A stretch of 32,000 nucleotides of DNA, taken from assembly GCF_000015145.1 (NCBI RefSeq), contig NC_008818.1, positions 240,001 through 272,000 of the forward strand. Reading direction: 5' to 3'. The translations under genes were made by a program, and so were the position numbers. Below are positions 24,466-32,000 of this stretch, piece after piece. Position 1 is the stretch's first letter. The number at the start of each line of letters is the position of its first letter. The notes beneath the pieces are model-generated. The model worked only from the letters and a program-made list of their open reading frames with translations. It had not been told where the DNA came from and did no database searches. This stretch comes from Hyperthermus butylicus DSM 5456 (lineage in GTDB: Archaea > Thermoproteota > Thermoprotei_A > Sulfolobales > Pyrodictiaceae).

Positions 24466-25462
24466 GCTCACCATATGCATCGCCAGTAAGCTCTGATAAT
24501 ATGAGCCTGGTGTTCTCTCTTATTTGTCTAAGCCCGACAGGCTCTGGAGGCGCTCCCGGTTCTACTGGCGAGCCTAGGGCTAGGAGTGCAGCTACAACCA
24601 CAGCTGCAGCTGCTGCTAGTGGTGCAAAGCCTCCCAGGTCGGATAGCTTGGAGGCTAGTGCTGCTGGTAGTACTGCGAGTAGCCTCGAGACGACAAAAGT
24701 GAGCGCTGATACGTCGAGCCTTGCGTACTCGTAGTGGGCCACATCGTAAACGATTGTACAACCACGCCTAGCAACCATTCCCACGAGGCTCATGGCCAGA
24801 CTGTGCGTTGACGGGAGCCCGTCGTAGCCGTTGAATAGGAAGTTTGCGAAAATGCTGGAGTCCCCGACAACGAGCAACCTCGATCCGTTATTCTCGTAGA
24901 CTACTGCGATTGGCACCCACCCATCCGCGGTGAGTGCCCAGCAAACCGGGACACTGCCAGGTCCAGGCTCAACTCTCGCAACCTTCGACGAGACTATCAG
25001 CGTGCCATTACAGTTTACGAGAACCATGTAGGGATGCGGGGTTGTACTCGGCTTCGCGGCCACCAGGCCTGCTATGCGGCCAGCTCCGAGGACCTCGAGT
25101 AATGGGTTAGCATTACCTGTCTCGTCTGCAATGAGCATCGAGACCCTCCCCTCCCGGTACAGCTCTGCAAGCCACGCCGCCTCCCCGTGCTTGATGGGCT
25201 TGTCGGGCCCGATGAGAAGGTATGTTGTACACCAGCCTGGCTGGATGGTCTCGGGGCCCCCGAGCTGGACCGGATAGCGGGCAGCTAGCTCGTTGTAGAA
25301 GCTGCTTGAGCCTGTGAGGAAGCTGTTCTCCGGGCTCGTGGAGAGTATCGAGGTTACACGGGCCTCGAGGCCTACACTGGCGAGTCCGAGGACACCGGTA
25401 ATGGCTAGGAGGGCGAGGAATAGGAGCCTATAGCTCTCTAGCCAGCCTCCAAGCCTCATCAA
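24428..25462 (-). CDS. DUF4350-like membrane-anchored protein
   Basis: 344 aa with an N-terminal TM (LLFLALLAITGVLGLASV) and C-terminal TM (LAAAAAVVVAALLAL). The central region (YNELAARYPV...TYLLIGPDKPI...WLAELYREGRVSMLIADE...LLVVGDSSIFANFLF) matches the DUF4350 pattern as I recall it. Overlaps the upstream DUF4129 gene by 35 nt. Confidence 0.65.
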   Translation of the reverse strand: MMRLGGWLESYRLLFLALLAITGVLGLASVGLEARVTSILSTSPENSFLTGSSSFYNELAARYPVQLGGPETIQPGWCTTYLLIGPDKPIKHGEAAWLAELYREGRVSMLIADETGNANPLLEVLGAGRIAGLVAAKPSTTPHPYMVLVNCNGTLIVSSKVARVEPGPGSVPVCWALTADGWVPIAVVYENNGSRLLVVGDSSIFANFLFNGYDGLPSTHSLAMSLVGMVARRGCTIVYDVAHYEYARLDVSALTFVVSRLLAVLPAALASKLSDLGGFAPLAAAAAVVVAALLALGSPVEPGAPPEPVGLRQIRENTRLILSELTGDAYGEPRGAQPPPQRRS

Positions 25463-25976
25463 CTACACCACGCGGCGGGCCGCGCCTCGAGTACATGTGG
25501 TCCCGGTATAACCTTGCCACCCGGGCAGCAGACCCCAACCCGTGCCTCCTAGCAGCCTCGCCCACCTCACCCGCAGTAGCGCCATGCGGCAGGTAGAGCC
25601 CGTGCCTACGGAGAGCCTCGAGCACCCGCAAGTAGGCCCGCCTCAGCTCGAGCCTCAGCCCCTCATACCTGTAGCCCGGCGGGACCATGTATGTGCTACG
25701 TGGTTGCGGCATGCCAGCCTCCGGAAGCTGTGTTGTGCGCGCAGAGAGCCTGGATACTACGAGGAGAAGCGCCACCACAGCGAGGCCAACCACGAGGGCT
25801 ATGAGCCCAGCTAGCCACGGATCCATACCACTCCCGCCGCCGGCATACTGTACAGCTACACCTGTTGTCTCGGGCTGCACTGCCGACGCGTTGCCCGGCA
25901 CGAAGCTCGTGGGTGCTGCTGGCTGTTGCTGTAGGAGGTCTGGAATGTAGTGGTGAGGGGTCTCAATCCCGGGCAT
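25428..25976 (-). CDS. DUF4129 domain membrane protein
   Basis: TM LAGLIALVVGLAVVALLLVV is followed by LRRAYLRVLEALRRHGLYLPHGATAGEVGEAARRHGL...LYRDHMYSRRGP, the DUF4129 signature (Y..l..l...G......T..E). Alternative start at ATG 25826 (MDPWLAG). Confidence 0.7.
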   Translation of the reverse strand: MPGIETPHHYIPDLLQQQPAAPTSFVPGNASAVQPETTGVAVQYAGGGSGMDPWLAGLIALVVGLAVVALLLVVSRLSARTTQLPEAGMPQPRSTYMVPPGYRYEGLRLELRRAYLRVLEALRRHGLYLPHGATAGEVGEAARRHGLGSAARVARLYRDHMYSRRGPPRGVVDEAWRLAREL

Positions 25977-26017
25977 GATTGTTCGCCGCAGGGCCCCACC
26001 GCTAACCCTCTATCCGC

Positions 26018-26031
26018 CCCCCTTAAGGGGG
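26018..26031. promoter_or_regulatory. perfect 14-bp palindrome CCCCCTTAAGGGGG in the 76-nt divergent spacer; candidate shared TATA-like core or operator
   Basis: Read directly from the sequence. Its TTAA centre lies 28 nt upstream of the TTG start at 26053 (fits a leaderless transcript) and 48 nt from the start of the divergent gene at 25976. Confidence 0.35.
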
Positions 26032-26052
26032 CTAGGCCTGGTGTAGCCCGGG

Positions 26053-27156
26053 TTGGCGGGATACAAGCCGCGTATAAGATCCGTAACGCTTCACGCCATC
26101 GTTGATGACTGGGAAAGCTGGGAGGACATAGCCAAGACGTTAACACGGGCTACGAGGACTGCTAGGAGGCTCCGCGCAATTTTCGAGGAGACTACAGGCC
26201 TCGAGGTCTGGACTGTCCGGGTTGCACTACCACCTATGGGGAGGCGAAGGAGCTACGTAGACTCTCTCGTCGAGGCCCTGAAGAGGGCAGAGCTGGACAA
26301 GGATATCCTCTACGCTGTCTACCACCGCGATGCCTACAGCGCAGACGTCGATGAGGTCAAAAAGGTTCTATCCGTTGCGGGTAACGTCTATGCCAGCGTG
26401 TCAGCGCCCGAGCCCATGCCAGAGGCTGTTAAGCTGCTACACGGCCTTGCACTACTAGGCCCAGACATGTCGGCGAGGGTCGCGGTCACAGTGCCAGACC
26501 ACGTTGAGACACCATACTTCCCCGCTGCAGCGACGCTCTCCTCCACTCCTGGCATATCAGTAGCCCTCCTCTACCCCGGCCTCCTGAGGGGCCGCGACTG
26601 GGCAGAGGCGCTAGTAGATCTCCTAGAGGCGGTGTCCCGGGTTGAGGATGCAGCCGCCCGTGCTGCCGAGGAGTTCGACCTCGACTTCTACGGTGTAGAT
26701 CTCTCGCTCTCTCCATGGATGGAGGATAGTGTGGCGGCTGTGGTTGAGGAGACTCTCGACGACCGAATCGGGGCACCGGGTACGATGTCCGTTATAGCAG
26801 CGCTGGAGAGCTTTATAGAGGAGGCTTGCGAGGAGACCATGTGTACGGGGTTTAACCAGGTAATGCTCCCCGTGGCGGAGGATAATATTCTCAAGCAGCG
26901 GGTGGGAGAAGGAGCGATAACCCTCCGAGACTTGCTAACATACACTTATGCTTGCATAGCAGGCCTGGACCTGCCCGTAGTGCCGCGCCAGGACTGGAGC
27001 GAAACCCTTGCAGCCAGGATAATCAACGAGCTAGCGGCAGCAAGCTACCGGAAGGGCGCGCCTCTCGGCGCACGCGTAATAGTAGCCGACGCTGAGCCAG
27101 GTAGCAACGTGGAGTTGCCCAGGTTCGGCAAGACACCAGTGATAAGAATACAGTAG
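26053..27156 (+). CDS. DUF711 (UPF0210) family protein
   Basis: N-terminal IRSVTLH, then GFNQVMLPVAEDNIL and YACIAGLDLPVVP ... PLGARVIV blocks that match the DUF711/UPF0210 pattern. TTG start 26053. Confidence 0.7.
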   Translation: MAGYKPRIRSVTLHAIVDDWESWEDIAKTLTRATRTARRLRAIFEETTGLEVWTVRVALPPMGRRRSYVDSLVEALKRAELDKDILYAVYHRDAYSADVDEVKKVLSVAGNVYASVSAPEPMPEAVKLLHGLALLGPDMSARVAVTVPDHVETPYFPAAATLSSTPGISVALLYPGLLRGRDWAEALVDLLEAVSRVEDAAARAAEEFDLDFYGVDLSLSPWMEDSVAAVVEETLDDRIGAPGTMSVIAALESFIEEACEETMCTGFNQVMLPVAEDNILKQRVGEGAITLRDLLTYTYACIAGLDLPVVPRQDWSETLAARIINELAAASYRKGAPLGARVIVADAEPGSNVELPRFGKTPVIRIQ

Positions 27157-27349
27157 CCGCCACGTAGAAGGTAAAAGCCGTAGCTTAGAAGCCTTTGCTC
27201 CCAGGGGCTGGGGATGACTGACAGGCTATACGCCGACCCCTCCCTGGGGGTGGCGAGGTGCCGCGGCTAGGGAGGACCCAGCCCCTTCGGAGGCTGCCTA
27301 CTAGTTTTTGAAGAACGGTTTCCTCCTCTCGCCCTGCCGGCTGTGAGCC

Positions 27350-28774
27350 TTGGCTGACGCTGGTGAGCGGCTGGGGAGGCTGCGGGAGAGGGTTCTCAGC
27401 GAGGAGAATATTGTCCGGCTCCTCGTGTGGCTTGCCGTGCCGTTGATGGCTTCTAGTAGTGTTAGGATACTCTACGAAGCTGTGGACGCTTTCTGGCTGT
27501 CGAGGCTCGGCGAGGCCGCCCTCGGCACACCAATAGTCTCGTGGCCCTATCCTGACATAGTGTTTGCTGTAGCGTTTGGCCTCTCGGGCAGCGTATCAGC
27601 CATAGCAGGCCAGTACATCGGGGCCGGCCTCTACGACCGAGCTTCGCGCAGCGCCGGCACCGTCCTAGGCCTCATAATGATTGTCGCCGTGCCCGGCTCC
27701 ATAGCTATAGCTGCTACTGCGCCGCTCTACCTCGATGCTATAGGGGTGCCCGAGACCGTTAAGCCCCTCGCCGAAGTGTACCTGGCCATCATAGCGCTCG
27801 GCACACCGTTCTCGGCGCTATTCCTCTTCTTCAACATGCTGCTGGGAGCAGCCGGCGACACGAGGACACCGGTTAAGGTGTCTATAGCAGCTACAGCGAT
27901 AAACGCTGTTCTAGACCCCATACTGATATTCGTGGCTGACCTCGGCGTCCTCGGAGCTGCTCTTGCCACCTTTATAGCCTCCCTGTTCTCCGCCAGCTAT
28001 GCCGCCTATAGCCTAGCCACGGGGAGGCACGGGTTCAGGCTGGGTATTCGGGACCTCATACCCGACCGCAGCCTGTTACCGCTTGTCGCCAAGGTCTCGG
28101 CGCCGCTGGTGGTGCAGCGTCTAGGCATGACATTGGGCTTTATGGTTATGGCTGGCATCGTGGCTGGCTTGGGCGAGGTAGTGCTGGCAGCATACCAGGT
28201 TGGCCACGTGGCGCTCAGCATTGACTCGATAATATCGATGCCTCTAGCCCGCTCGGTAGGCATAGTCGTAGCCCAATCCCTCGGCGCAGGCCAGACCTGG
28301 AGGGCGCGCAAAGCCGTGAAAACCGGGCTACTACTCCTAGCAGGCTTCGTCGGAGCATACATAGCAGCCATAGTCTACTTCGCCGAAGAGTTTGCTAGGA
28401 TATTCACTAGCAACCCGGAAACAGTAAAGGTTATAGTGGACATGCTCCACGTCTTCGGGCCAAGCATACTATCCTTCAACTTACTCACATTAGCAAATGT
28501 CGTAGCGAGGAGCAGCGGCCACACGTTCTTCATATCAGCCCTAGGCATAGCTAGGCTGTGGTTCCTCCGGATACCCCTCTCATGGCTTCTAGCCTACCAG
28601 CTAGGCCTAGGCGAGAAGGGACTATGGGCAGGCATGGCTATAAGCAACCACGTAGCCGGTGGAACAGCCCTAGCATGGCTAGCCTACGGCAACTGGGCCA
28701 AACCAGTAATAACGCAGGAGCAAAGAGAGCATAAACCCGGACACATGAAGACACAGTCACAACAGCAGGGCTAG
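27350..28774 (+). CDS. MATE family efflux transporter
   Basis: 474 aa with about 12 TM helices. N-terminal ...LLVWLAVPLMASSSVRILYEAVDAFWLSRLG and the internal repeat ...LVAKVSAPLVVQRLGMTLGFMVMAGIVAGLG are typical of MATE duplicated halves. Confidence 0.85.
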   Translation: MADAGERLGRLRERVLSEENIVRLLVWLAVPLMASSSVRILYEAVDAFWLSRLGEAALGTPIVSWPYPDIVFAVAFGLSGSVSAIAGQYIGAGLYDRASRSAGTVLGLIMIVAVPGSIAIAATAPLYLDAIGVPETVKPLAEVYLAIIALGTPFSALFLFFNMLLGAAGDTRTPVKVSIAATAINAVLDPILIFVADLGVLGAALATFIASLFSASYAAYSLATGRHGFRLGIRDLIPDRSLLPLVAKVSAPLVVQRLGMTLGFMVMAGIVAGLGEVVLAAYQVGHVALSIDSIISMPLARSVGIVVAQSLGAGQTWRARKAVKTGLLLLAGFVGAYIAAIVYFAEEFARIFTSNPETVKVIVDMLHVFGPSILSFNLLTLANVVARSSGHTFFISALGIARLWFLRIPLSWLLAYQLGLGEKGLWAGMAISNHVAGGTALAWLAYGNWAKPVITQEQREHKPGHMKTQSQQQG

Positions 28775-28854
28775 ACAAGTACGAGCCTTGAGAACCCGAA
28801 ACCAGCAGAGGAGCAAGTCCCAAGCTATCCCGAGATCAGGAAGGGGACGGGAAG

Positions 28855-29445
28855 CTACTCTCCCTGCGGGCCTGCCTGGGGGTGGATGATGTTAGAACCC
28901 CTAACTCCCCGGGCAGACCCGCCAGGGGGCTGATGAGGCCCGGCTTTGCTGACACCAACATCCCTACCGCTGCCGCATAGCTCCACGTATAGCTCCTCGA
29001 CTCCTGGCGGCCGAAACACCGTGTAGACAGCATAGCACCTCGCAAACCCGCTAGAGAGTATGCGTGCCAGCCTGCGGGGGGCATCAGCGGCCGCCGCAGA
29101 CCCGGCAACAACTATACTGTCAGCTGTGTGGCAGGACCTCCGCGCCACCAGTCTCCCAGGCCTAGATCCGGGGGACAGCCCGTAAACCGCGAAGCTAGCC
29201 ACACTCCCTCCAGGCTCGGCGGCGAAGATGATTAGTACTGCTAGGCCTCGCCTAGTAGCGCAGCTCCTCAGCTCTTCGCCACCACTACACGAGATACAAG
29301 CTATGCAATCCCCTCTCGGTGTAAGTACGCTTCGCTCCTCAAGCTCGAGAGTAGACTCGTGAGCAAGTTGAACGTTGGGGTGGCCGCGACACCGCACTAC
29401 AGCGATACAAGTGCCAAGCTCCACACAGCTCCCCCGATGTGCCAC
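28855..29445 (-). CDS. DUF371 domain protein with about 45-aa C-terminal tail
   Basis: GHPNVQLAHESTLELEERSVLTPRGDCIACIS matches the DUF371 signature (H.N..A.H.TT.E.T....LT.RGDCI) as I recall it. The tail beyond about residue 150 is G/P/R-rich and may be a GC-driven extension. Confidence 0.55.
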   Translation of the reverse strand: MAHRGSCVELGTCIAVVRCRGHPNVQLAHESTLELEERSVLTPRGDCIACISCSGGEELRSCATRRGLAVLIIFAAEPGGSVASFAVYGLSPGSRPGRLVARRSCHTADSIVVAGSAAAADAPRRLARILSSGFARCYAVYTVFRPPGVEELYVELCGSGRDVGVSKAGPHQPPGGSARGVRGSNIIHPQAGPQGE

Positions 29446-29551
29446 CCTAGATTTCGGTACTTGTTAAGACAGAGGATAGAGGACGAACACATACGCTGCC
29501 CGCTCCTTCCCACGTATAAGCGTGCTTATGCTGAAAGTGGGGTAGTACTCA

Positions 29552-30556
29552 TCATACTTGTATGGACAGTAGCGCTGCTGCTTGCTGTTTCGGCTGTTTA
29601 GAGTAGCCTGCTATTGCTATGATTATGGCGTCCTCGGCGTCTAGGAGTGCTTGTTCTAAAGCAGCGGCGAGGACGTCTACTGTCAGCACGGCCGCTATGT
29701 AGGTTTTTGCTACTAGCTTCCGGTTGTGTTTCCTGGCTGCTGCAATGTAAGCGTCCGCTGGTGGCAGGTTTTCCGGTAGCTGCTGTGGCGCCTTTGCCTT
29801 GAGTATCGTCTCTAGCTGTTCTGCATCTTTTGTCTCTATAGCTTGGCGTAGACTGTCTGCTGGGAGCCTGTACGTCCTAAGGTTTTCGAAGTAGAGCTGA
29901 CTGGTTTCACTAGGGGCCTCCAGGACTGCTAGGGTTGATGCTATTCTTACTGCTGTTATGTCTAGCCGCGCGCCTATGATCTCGCGTGCGTACTCTGTTT
30001 CTGCCACTTGTAGCGCCTCTGCCAAGGCTGCTATGAGTTCTAGGTCTAGGGCCGTGCTTAGGTATTCAGGGTTCTTCTCGACGATTGCCGCTGCTTTTTC
30101 GAGACCTACTGCCCTTAGCGCCTGGCTTGGCTTTGCCTCCTCCTCGGCCAGCCTCCTGAGGAGCCCCACCTGGGGGGATGCCGGCTGTACTAGCTCCTCG
30201 TCTCGTGGGGGTGTTTTGCCCCGTAGCATTCTCCCTATTATAATCTCGGCATCGTGGACTAGGAGTACTAGCTTGTAGGCCCTGTGTATCGCCTCAGCCT
30301 TCCCCGAGGCTATGGCTTCGAACCTGCCGAGCAGCTCGGCCATGTACCTATAGGCTGCCACCTCAACTGGGCGAGGATTGGCAGGCTTCTCAGGGAGGTA
30401 CTTGGAGAGCTTTGTTGCCTGGAAGAGTTCTAACACTGCCTCATCGCCAGTATATTGCGCCATAAGTGCCTTGAGGTCGTCTTCAAGGCTTAGTAGCCTG
30501 GCCGTGAAGGCTTTGACATTGAGGTAGTCGACACCTACGTCGGGGATCCGGTTCAA
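29552..30556 (-). CDS. atpC: A/V-type ATP synthase subunit C (AC39/d family)
   Basis: All-helical 334-aa protein. N-terminal DYLNVKAFTARLLSLED resembles the family's YLNARVR..LL block. LVLLVHDAEIIIGRMLRGK and LDITAVRIAS resemble the repeated D..N....L+ blocks of Thermus and archaeal subunit C. The start overlaps the upstream gene's stop by 4 nt. Confidence 0.6.
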   Translation of the reverse strand: MNRIPDVGVDYLNVKAFTARLLSLEDDLKALMAQYTGDEAVLELFQATKLSKYLPEKPANPRPVEVAAYRYMAELLGRFEAIASGKAEAIHRAYKLVLLVHDAEIIIGRMLRGKTPPRDEELVQPASPQVGLLRRLAEEEAKPSQALRAVGLEKAAAIVEKNPEYLSTALDLELIAALAEALQVAETEYAREIIGARLDITAVRIASTLAVLEAPSETSQLYFENLRTYRLPADSLRQAIETKDAEQLETILKAKAPQQLPENLPPADAYIAAARKHNRKLVAKTYIAAVLTVDVLAAALEQALLDAEDAIIIAIAGYSKQPKQQAAALLSIQV

Positions 30557-30891
30557 CCCTTAACCACCCTCGCAAGCATGTCAAGGGCTGTTCTCAGTGC
30601 CTCCTCACGCCTAGCCTCTATCCGCTCTTGGAGCCTTGCAGCCTCCTCCCGCTCCCTCCGGGTGAACTCCTCCTCCAGCCTTGCCAGCTCCCTCTTCACG
30701 GCCTCCTCTATCCTCTGCTTTGCCTGCTCTAGCAACTGCTCGGCTACTGCACGGAGCTGGGCTGCAAGCCGGTCAGCCTGCTCTACGAGCCTTGCAGCCT
30801 CCTCCTCTGCCTGCTTCTCTAGGGCCTCAAGCTTGGACTCCATCTCCTCTACAGCGTGTAGTATCTTGCTTAGCTCCCTAGCCTCGCTCAA
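30553..30891 (-). CDS. atpH: A/V-type ATP synthase peripheral-stalk subunit H (G-like), coiled-coil protein
   Basis: 112-aa E/A/R-rich continuous coiled coil (EALEKQAEEEAARLVEQADRLAAQLRAVAEQLLEQAKQRIEEAVKRE...), similar in size and composition to V/A-ATPase G/H subunits. Lies directly upstream of and overlapping atpC. TTG start. Confidence 0.45.
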   Translation of the reverse strand: MSEARELSKILHAVEEMESKLEALEKQAEEEAARLVEQADRLAAQLRAVAEQLLEQAKQRIEEAVKRELARLEEEFTRREREEAARLQERIEARREEALRTALDMLARVVKG

Positions 30892-30933
30892 GACGCGGGC
30901 TCCCCCGCACCAGCCGGTCTAGGGTCTTAGGGG

Positions 30934-30940
30934 TATTTAA
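30934..30940 (-). promoter_or_regulatory. TATA-like box (TTAAATA on the minus strand) upstream of the atpH-like/atpC pair
   Basis: GGGGTATTTAAGGGGG on the + strand, centred about 46 nt upstream of the TTG start at 30891. Confidence 0.35.
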
Positions 30941-31312
30941 GGGGGTGTTCTAGCTGCAGCCCCTGCCCCATGACATGTCCTCGGCCGTCACGCTGTAGGC
31001 GTCCGGCACCTTGGGGGTCTCCGCTGGCCCCCGCGCATGCTGCTACGATTACCCGGTGGTTGCGGTAACGGCTCGGCATTGTATGGTAGAGCTTTGTCCC
31101 ACCTTCCCCAAAGCCTCGACGACCTCCTGGCTGCCAGCCTCGACCATTTCGTCTCCACAGCGAGCATGGTCCCAGCCTCCTCGTCTACTATGACATGATC
31201 GCTTCTACCTGCAGTGGTAAGCTGCCAACGGTGTCAAGAACAGTACTGCGCCTAGAGGTGGCGAGCTTAAGGGTCAACATGCGGCATCACAGTTATGCTG
31301 CAAACTCAAACC

Positions 31313-31319
31313 TATAATT
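31313..31319 (+). promoter_or_regulatory. TATA-like box (TATAATT) upstream of the EamA transporter gene
   Basis: Centred about 33 nt upstream of ATG 31349, spacing consistent with a leaderless or short-leader archaeal mRNA. Confidence 0.4.
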
Positions 31320-31348
31320 GCCCCTTGCCCGAGAAGCGGTTATGGCTG

Positions 31349-32000
31349 ATGACGGGAGGAGGGTTGACGAGGACTCGGGGTCTAGCCTATGCTGTTACGG
31401 CTGCTATACTTTGGGGGAGTATTGGCGTAGCCTACCGGCTAGCCTTGAGCCATGGTGCTAGCCGTGAATGGCTTATTCTCGGTCGCCCCCTCATCGGCGG
31501 CCTAGGCTCTCTCGCTGCCACAGTGCTCGGCTATGGCAGGCCTGGCAGGTGGAGCCTCCTTGTGGGTGCTGGTACGCTAGCACCGCTGGTGGTTGTCTAT
31601 CTCTTCGCCGTCGAGCTTCTCGGCGCTGCACTTGCCAGCATACTGCTCTACACGGCGCCGATATGGGTGGCCCTCCTCGGCCTGCTCCTCCTCGGTGAAA
31701 AGCCGGGGACCCGTGGTGCTCTAGCTGTAGCCCTAGGCTTCACTGGCTCCTTCCTCATAGCGTTTGAGGGCTGGGCCCGTGCAAGCCTCGTAGCCGTACT
31801 TGTTGGGCTTGCAGCTGGCCTACTCTACGCAGCCTACATGCTCGCCGCCCGCTATGCGTTACGCCACGGTGCTGGGGAGCTAGAGGTTGGACTCCACAGC
31901 CAGCCCTTCACAGCCATGGCAGTAGCAGCTGTAACAAAGCCAGGGGAGCTGCCTGCGACTGTGGACTTGCCATGGATGCTCTATCTCGGAGTCGCCACGA
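31349..32000 (+). CDS. EamA/DMT-family transporter (N-terminal part; continues past the right window edge)
   Basis: Not in the ORF track (no stop in window). Manual translation from ATG 31349: MTGGGLTRTRGLAYAVTAAILWGSIGVAYRLAL...LLYTAPIWVALLGLLLLGEKPG...GLLYAAYMLAARYAL. This shows the typical EamA repeat with LWGS and LGE(K/R) blocks. A TATAAT-like box lies 30-36 nt upstream. Confidence 0.75.
   Translation, partial: MTGGGLTRTRGLAYAVTAAILWGSIGVAYRLALSHGASREWLILGRPLIGGLGSLAATVLGYGRPGRWSLLVGAGTLAPLVVVYLFAVELLGAALASILLYTAPIWVALLGLLLLGEKPGTRGALAVALGFTGSFLIAFEGWARASLVAVLVGLAAGLLYAAYMLAARYALRHGAGELEVGLHSQPFTAMAVAAVTKPGELPATVDLPWMLYLGVAT

Noticed and set aside
27211-27222. C/D-box sRNA or fluoride-type riboswitch signature (GGGAUGACUGA) upstream of the MATE gene.
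   Set aside because: C-like and D-like boxes are directly adjacent with no guide region and no second C'/D' pair. The second conserved half of the fluoride motif (AUGA..CCU after a hairpin) is absent.
30578-30922. Long S/A/L-rich + strand ORFs opposite real genes. Examples: 30578..30922 and 30681..30881 opposite the atpH-like gene; also 23..355, 692..985, 2021..2407, 2619..2915, 3021..3599, 4406..4738, 14711..15112 and 15411..15971.
   Set aside because: They are low-complexity mirror images of well-supported genes on the other strand. That is expected in roughly 60% GC DNA with few stop codons, and they show no motifs and no host-like codon bias.
1-32000. Search by eye for CRISPR arrays, tandem repeats, IS elements with terminal inverted repeats, integrase genes and rRNA/tRNA genes.
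   Set aside because: No regularly spaced direct repeats are present. No transposase or integrase-like ORF is present, and no inverted repeats flank the low-GC island. No canonical T-loop (GGTTCRAATCC or its complement) was seen. A computational scan is still advisable.

Overview
GC-rich (roughly 60% by hand counts) archaeal chromosomal segment. It is most consistent with a hyperthermophilic crenarchaeon. That is an inference from archaeal Thi4, A-type ATPase stalk subunits, Get3/ArsA, a stand-alone carbamate kinase, A/T-rich TATA-like boxes 25-45 nt upstream of frequently GTG/TTG starts, and very tight gene packing. I support about 38 protein-coding genes. Two of them were missing from the ORF track because they run off the window edges: complement 1..501 and 31349..32000. 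I recognise no rRNA, tRNA, CRISPR array, transposase or integrase. Most of the window is housekeeping or transport: thi4, pyrD, nth, arcC, tatA, MFS, MATE, EamA, an ABC ATPase, two radical SAM enzymes, two metallophosphoesterases and two MBL hydrolases. I did not find a convincingly complete novel multi-gene system. The parts most worth a second look are listed here. (1) A roughly 1.25-kb low-GC island (17.8-19.0 kb) carries a chain of frame-hopping orphan ORFs, including a small signal-peptide, Cys-doublet ORF. (2) A vapBC locus carries three separate +1 frame disruptions. (3) An ABC-2-like ATPase/permease pair is visibly decayed (no Walker A, in-frame TAG, permease frameshift). It lies 3'-to-3' against a DUF4129-DUF4350 pair that lacks its usual MoxR/DUF58 partners. 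(4) Several GC-rich structured or coding-like spacers remain unexplained (17.69-17.79 kb, 27.2-27.3 kb, 30.95-31.3 kb). All frame disruptions fall in accessory genes while about 25 kb of core genes are intact, which argues for real gene decay rather than random sequencing error. All family calls rest on motif recognition by eye; no database search was run.
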